Assembly: GCF_006345805.1 (NCBI RefSeq)
Contig: NC_043021.1
Coordinates: 9,424,001 to 9,488,000, forward strand
DNA length: 64,000 bases
Direction of reading: 5' to 3'
DNA from: Octopus sinensis
Taxonomy: Eukaryota
The notes beneath the pieces are model-generated. The model ran no database searches. It was not told where the DNA came from and saw only the letters and a program-made list of their open reading frames with translations. Positions within the stretch are counted from its first letter, which is position 1. Each line of letters opens with the position of its first letter. This document shows, in pieces, positions 61,695-64,000 of the stretch. Position numbers and translations under genes: made by a program.

Positions 61695-63240
61695 TAGATA
61701 GATAGAAAGCAGACATAGAACCTAGAGGAGACCTCTGGTTCATATCTTTTTGTCAAACCATGCTAGCATGGAAAAAGGGGCATTAAATGATGATGATGAT
61801 GATGATGACGATGATATATAGAATATTAAAAAAATTTTATTCCATTTTTTCCTGCAAATATAATGGAAATATACGTCTGTGTACATATGTATGTATATGA
61901 CTATGTATACGTATACCGTTGCATGCCAGTACATATAAACACTAAAACAGCATATTCAGAGGTGTATATGACACATAGTGGAGGCACATGGCCTAGTGGT
62001 TAGAGCAGTGGACTTGCAGTCAAGGGACCGTGAGTTCGAATCGCAGACCAGGCGATGTGTGTGTTTATGAGCAAAACACCTAAGTTCCACATGGCTCCGG
62101 CAGAAGGTAATGGTGAACTTCTGCTGACTCTTTCACCACAACTTTCTCTCACTCTTTCCTCCTGCATCTCACCTGTGATGGACCGGCGTCCCATCCAGGT
62201 GGGGAACCTAAACGCCAAGGAAACCAGGAAACCGGCCCTTATGAGCCAGGCGTGGCATGAGAAGGAACAAACAGCATATGACACATATCTCATTTGCCAT
62301 GAATTTGTGTAGCTTGTATGTGCCAATGCCCATGAGAACTAGAAAGGTTGAAACCCTTGTGGTCGTTGTCCTAGTTCTTCACATTCTAAGTTCAAATCCT
62401 ATCAAAGTCAAAATTGCTTTTTATCCTTCTGGGATTAAAGGCAAAATAAGCAGCAGTCGAGTGTAGGGGTTGATATAATCAACTCTATCCTTGCCCCAGT
62501 TTTTTGTAGCCTTGTGCCTATATTAGAAAATACGAACATTTAAAAGAAGGGAATAATGATGTATCTGGTATTTCAGACATAACAGCCTTATATTATAATG
62601 GAGAAACTGATCTCTGTCTGTCCATAACGGTGTGTGTGTGTGTGTGTGAGTGTGAGTAAAGTGAGGGAAGAAGGGGAGGAGGAAAAGTTGTTGTTGAGAG
62701 AGAAATACAGAGAGAAAGAGAGAGAGAGAGTGTGTGTGTGTGTGTGTGTGTGTGAAGGATAGAAAAAAGGTCAGTGTTTTCAGCTTAGTAATTAACAAGT
62801 TTTGATTTAAAACAGGGAATTTTAAGTTCAAGTCTGTCAATGCAATACAACATAGACTTCAAAAAAAAAAACTATATGAGAACTATATAGTGAGTAGCTT
62901 GCTTACAAACCACATGGTTCCGGATTCAGTCCCACTGCGTGGCACCTTGGGCAAGTATTTTCTACTATAGAAGAAGCCCATCGTATATATGTATATATAT
63001 ATGCATGTGTGTTTATATGTTTGTGTGTCTGTGTTTGTCCCCACCCAATATTGCTTGACAACCGATGCTGGTGTGTTTACGTCCCCGTAACTTAGCAGTT
63101 CAGCAGAGAGACCAATAGAATAAGTACTAGGCTTACAAAGAATAAGTCCCGGGGTCGATTTGCTCGACTAAAAGCGGTGCTCCAGCATGGCCACAGTCAA
63201 ATGACTGAAACAAGTAAAAGAGTAAAGAGAGTATATAATA

Positions 63241-63337
63241 CAGTGCCTTTAGTAAATTAGAAGAGGGTTCCTGCTAACCCAATTTAGCCTCTTACATCTT
63301 CCCTTGGTGTACCTCTTCTAATTTACTAAAAGCACTC
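63241..63337. mobile_element. Tc1-type MITE (97 bp)
   Basis: 24-bp inverted arms 63243-66 / 63312-35 with 1 mismatch, CAGTG terminus, TA flanks. Confidence 0.7.
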
Positions 63338-64000
63338 TAAGGCTTTTGTAATACTGTTGTATTACGATGGTATAGGCTTACGGGTACTTCTCATACTGAC
63401 TATGTATATAATACACATAGTTAATTTTGGGGGATTGTGTGTGTGTGTGAGCTTTTCTGTGTGTCTACCAACCTATAAACAATGCAACACAAACATTAAA
63501 AAAGACTTTTGCCTCGAACAATTTATGAAGGTACATGCAAGATTAAAACAAATATTTTTTACTAGCAGCAAAGCAACAAGGAACGACCCAGTTTATTTGA
63601 AGACTTGCACAACAGAACTAAGGACTAAGCCAAGAGAAATGTCGGATGTATGAGTCTAAAGTGTGAGTGATGACAGGCAGATAGAGATGTGGCTTCTTTC
63701 AGTTTCTGCCTCTCAAATCCACTGAAAAGGCTTTGGTCAGCCCAAGGCTACAGTAGAAGACACTTGCCAAAGGTGCCACTCAGTGGGACTGAACCCGGAA
63801 CCACGAGGTTGGGAAGCAAACTTCCATGGGGCTGGAATATAAGGGACACTAAAAGGAGAGAGTATTGGTATAAAAAAAAACAGATTATTACAATGATCCA
63901 AAACAGGCACATCCAAAGATGAGGGTTGTTTCCTACATCAGAAAATGTTGATGGGCAACTTATATGTCACTCCTGCCAATGATATATCGAATTACAGTGC

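Noticed and set aside
62560-63400. Candidate upstream non-coding first exon of the zinc-finger gene
   Set aside because: No convincing donor or promoter combination; cannot be placed without transcript data.

Overview
AT-rich eukaryotic genomic DNA crowded with SINEs and microsatellites; the repeat content points to an octopod cephalopod (inference). Two spliced genes lie on the minus strand. (1) COPB2 (coatomer beta'): 16 exons mapped, from an ATG-only first coding exon at 22899-22901 down to 51; the gene continues beyond the left edge. (2) A predicted 3,421-aa protein with about 21 dispersed C2H2 fingers, encoded by a 7.4-kb exon (50682-58111) and a 2.9-kb terminal coding exon (39314-42260) with an extremely Asp-rich tail; one finger is split across the intron. 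The rest is transposon-derived: four tRNA/RTE-type SINE families, Tc1/mariner, hAT, piggyBac and Helitron non-autonomous elements, an R4/Dong remnant and Penelope-type pieces. Main second-look signals: (a) several unrelated elements carrying type I hammerhead ribozyme cores with palindromic stem III, including a near-perfect one at 35568-35670 and one inside a tRNA-headed SINE at 17260-17305; (b) a 65% GC island resembling the 28S rRNA D2 segment fused to a truncated SINE in a COPB2 intron; (c) three uORFs and a strong donor site just upstream of the zinc-finger ATG that could yield a short in-frame isoform. No database searches or folding programs were run; similarities are from reading and recall.
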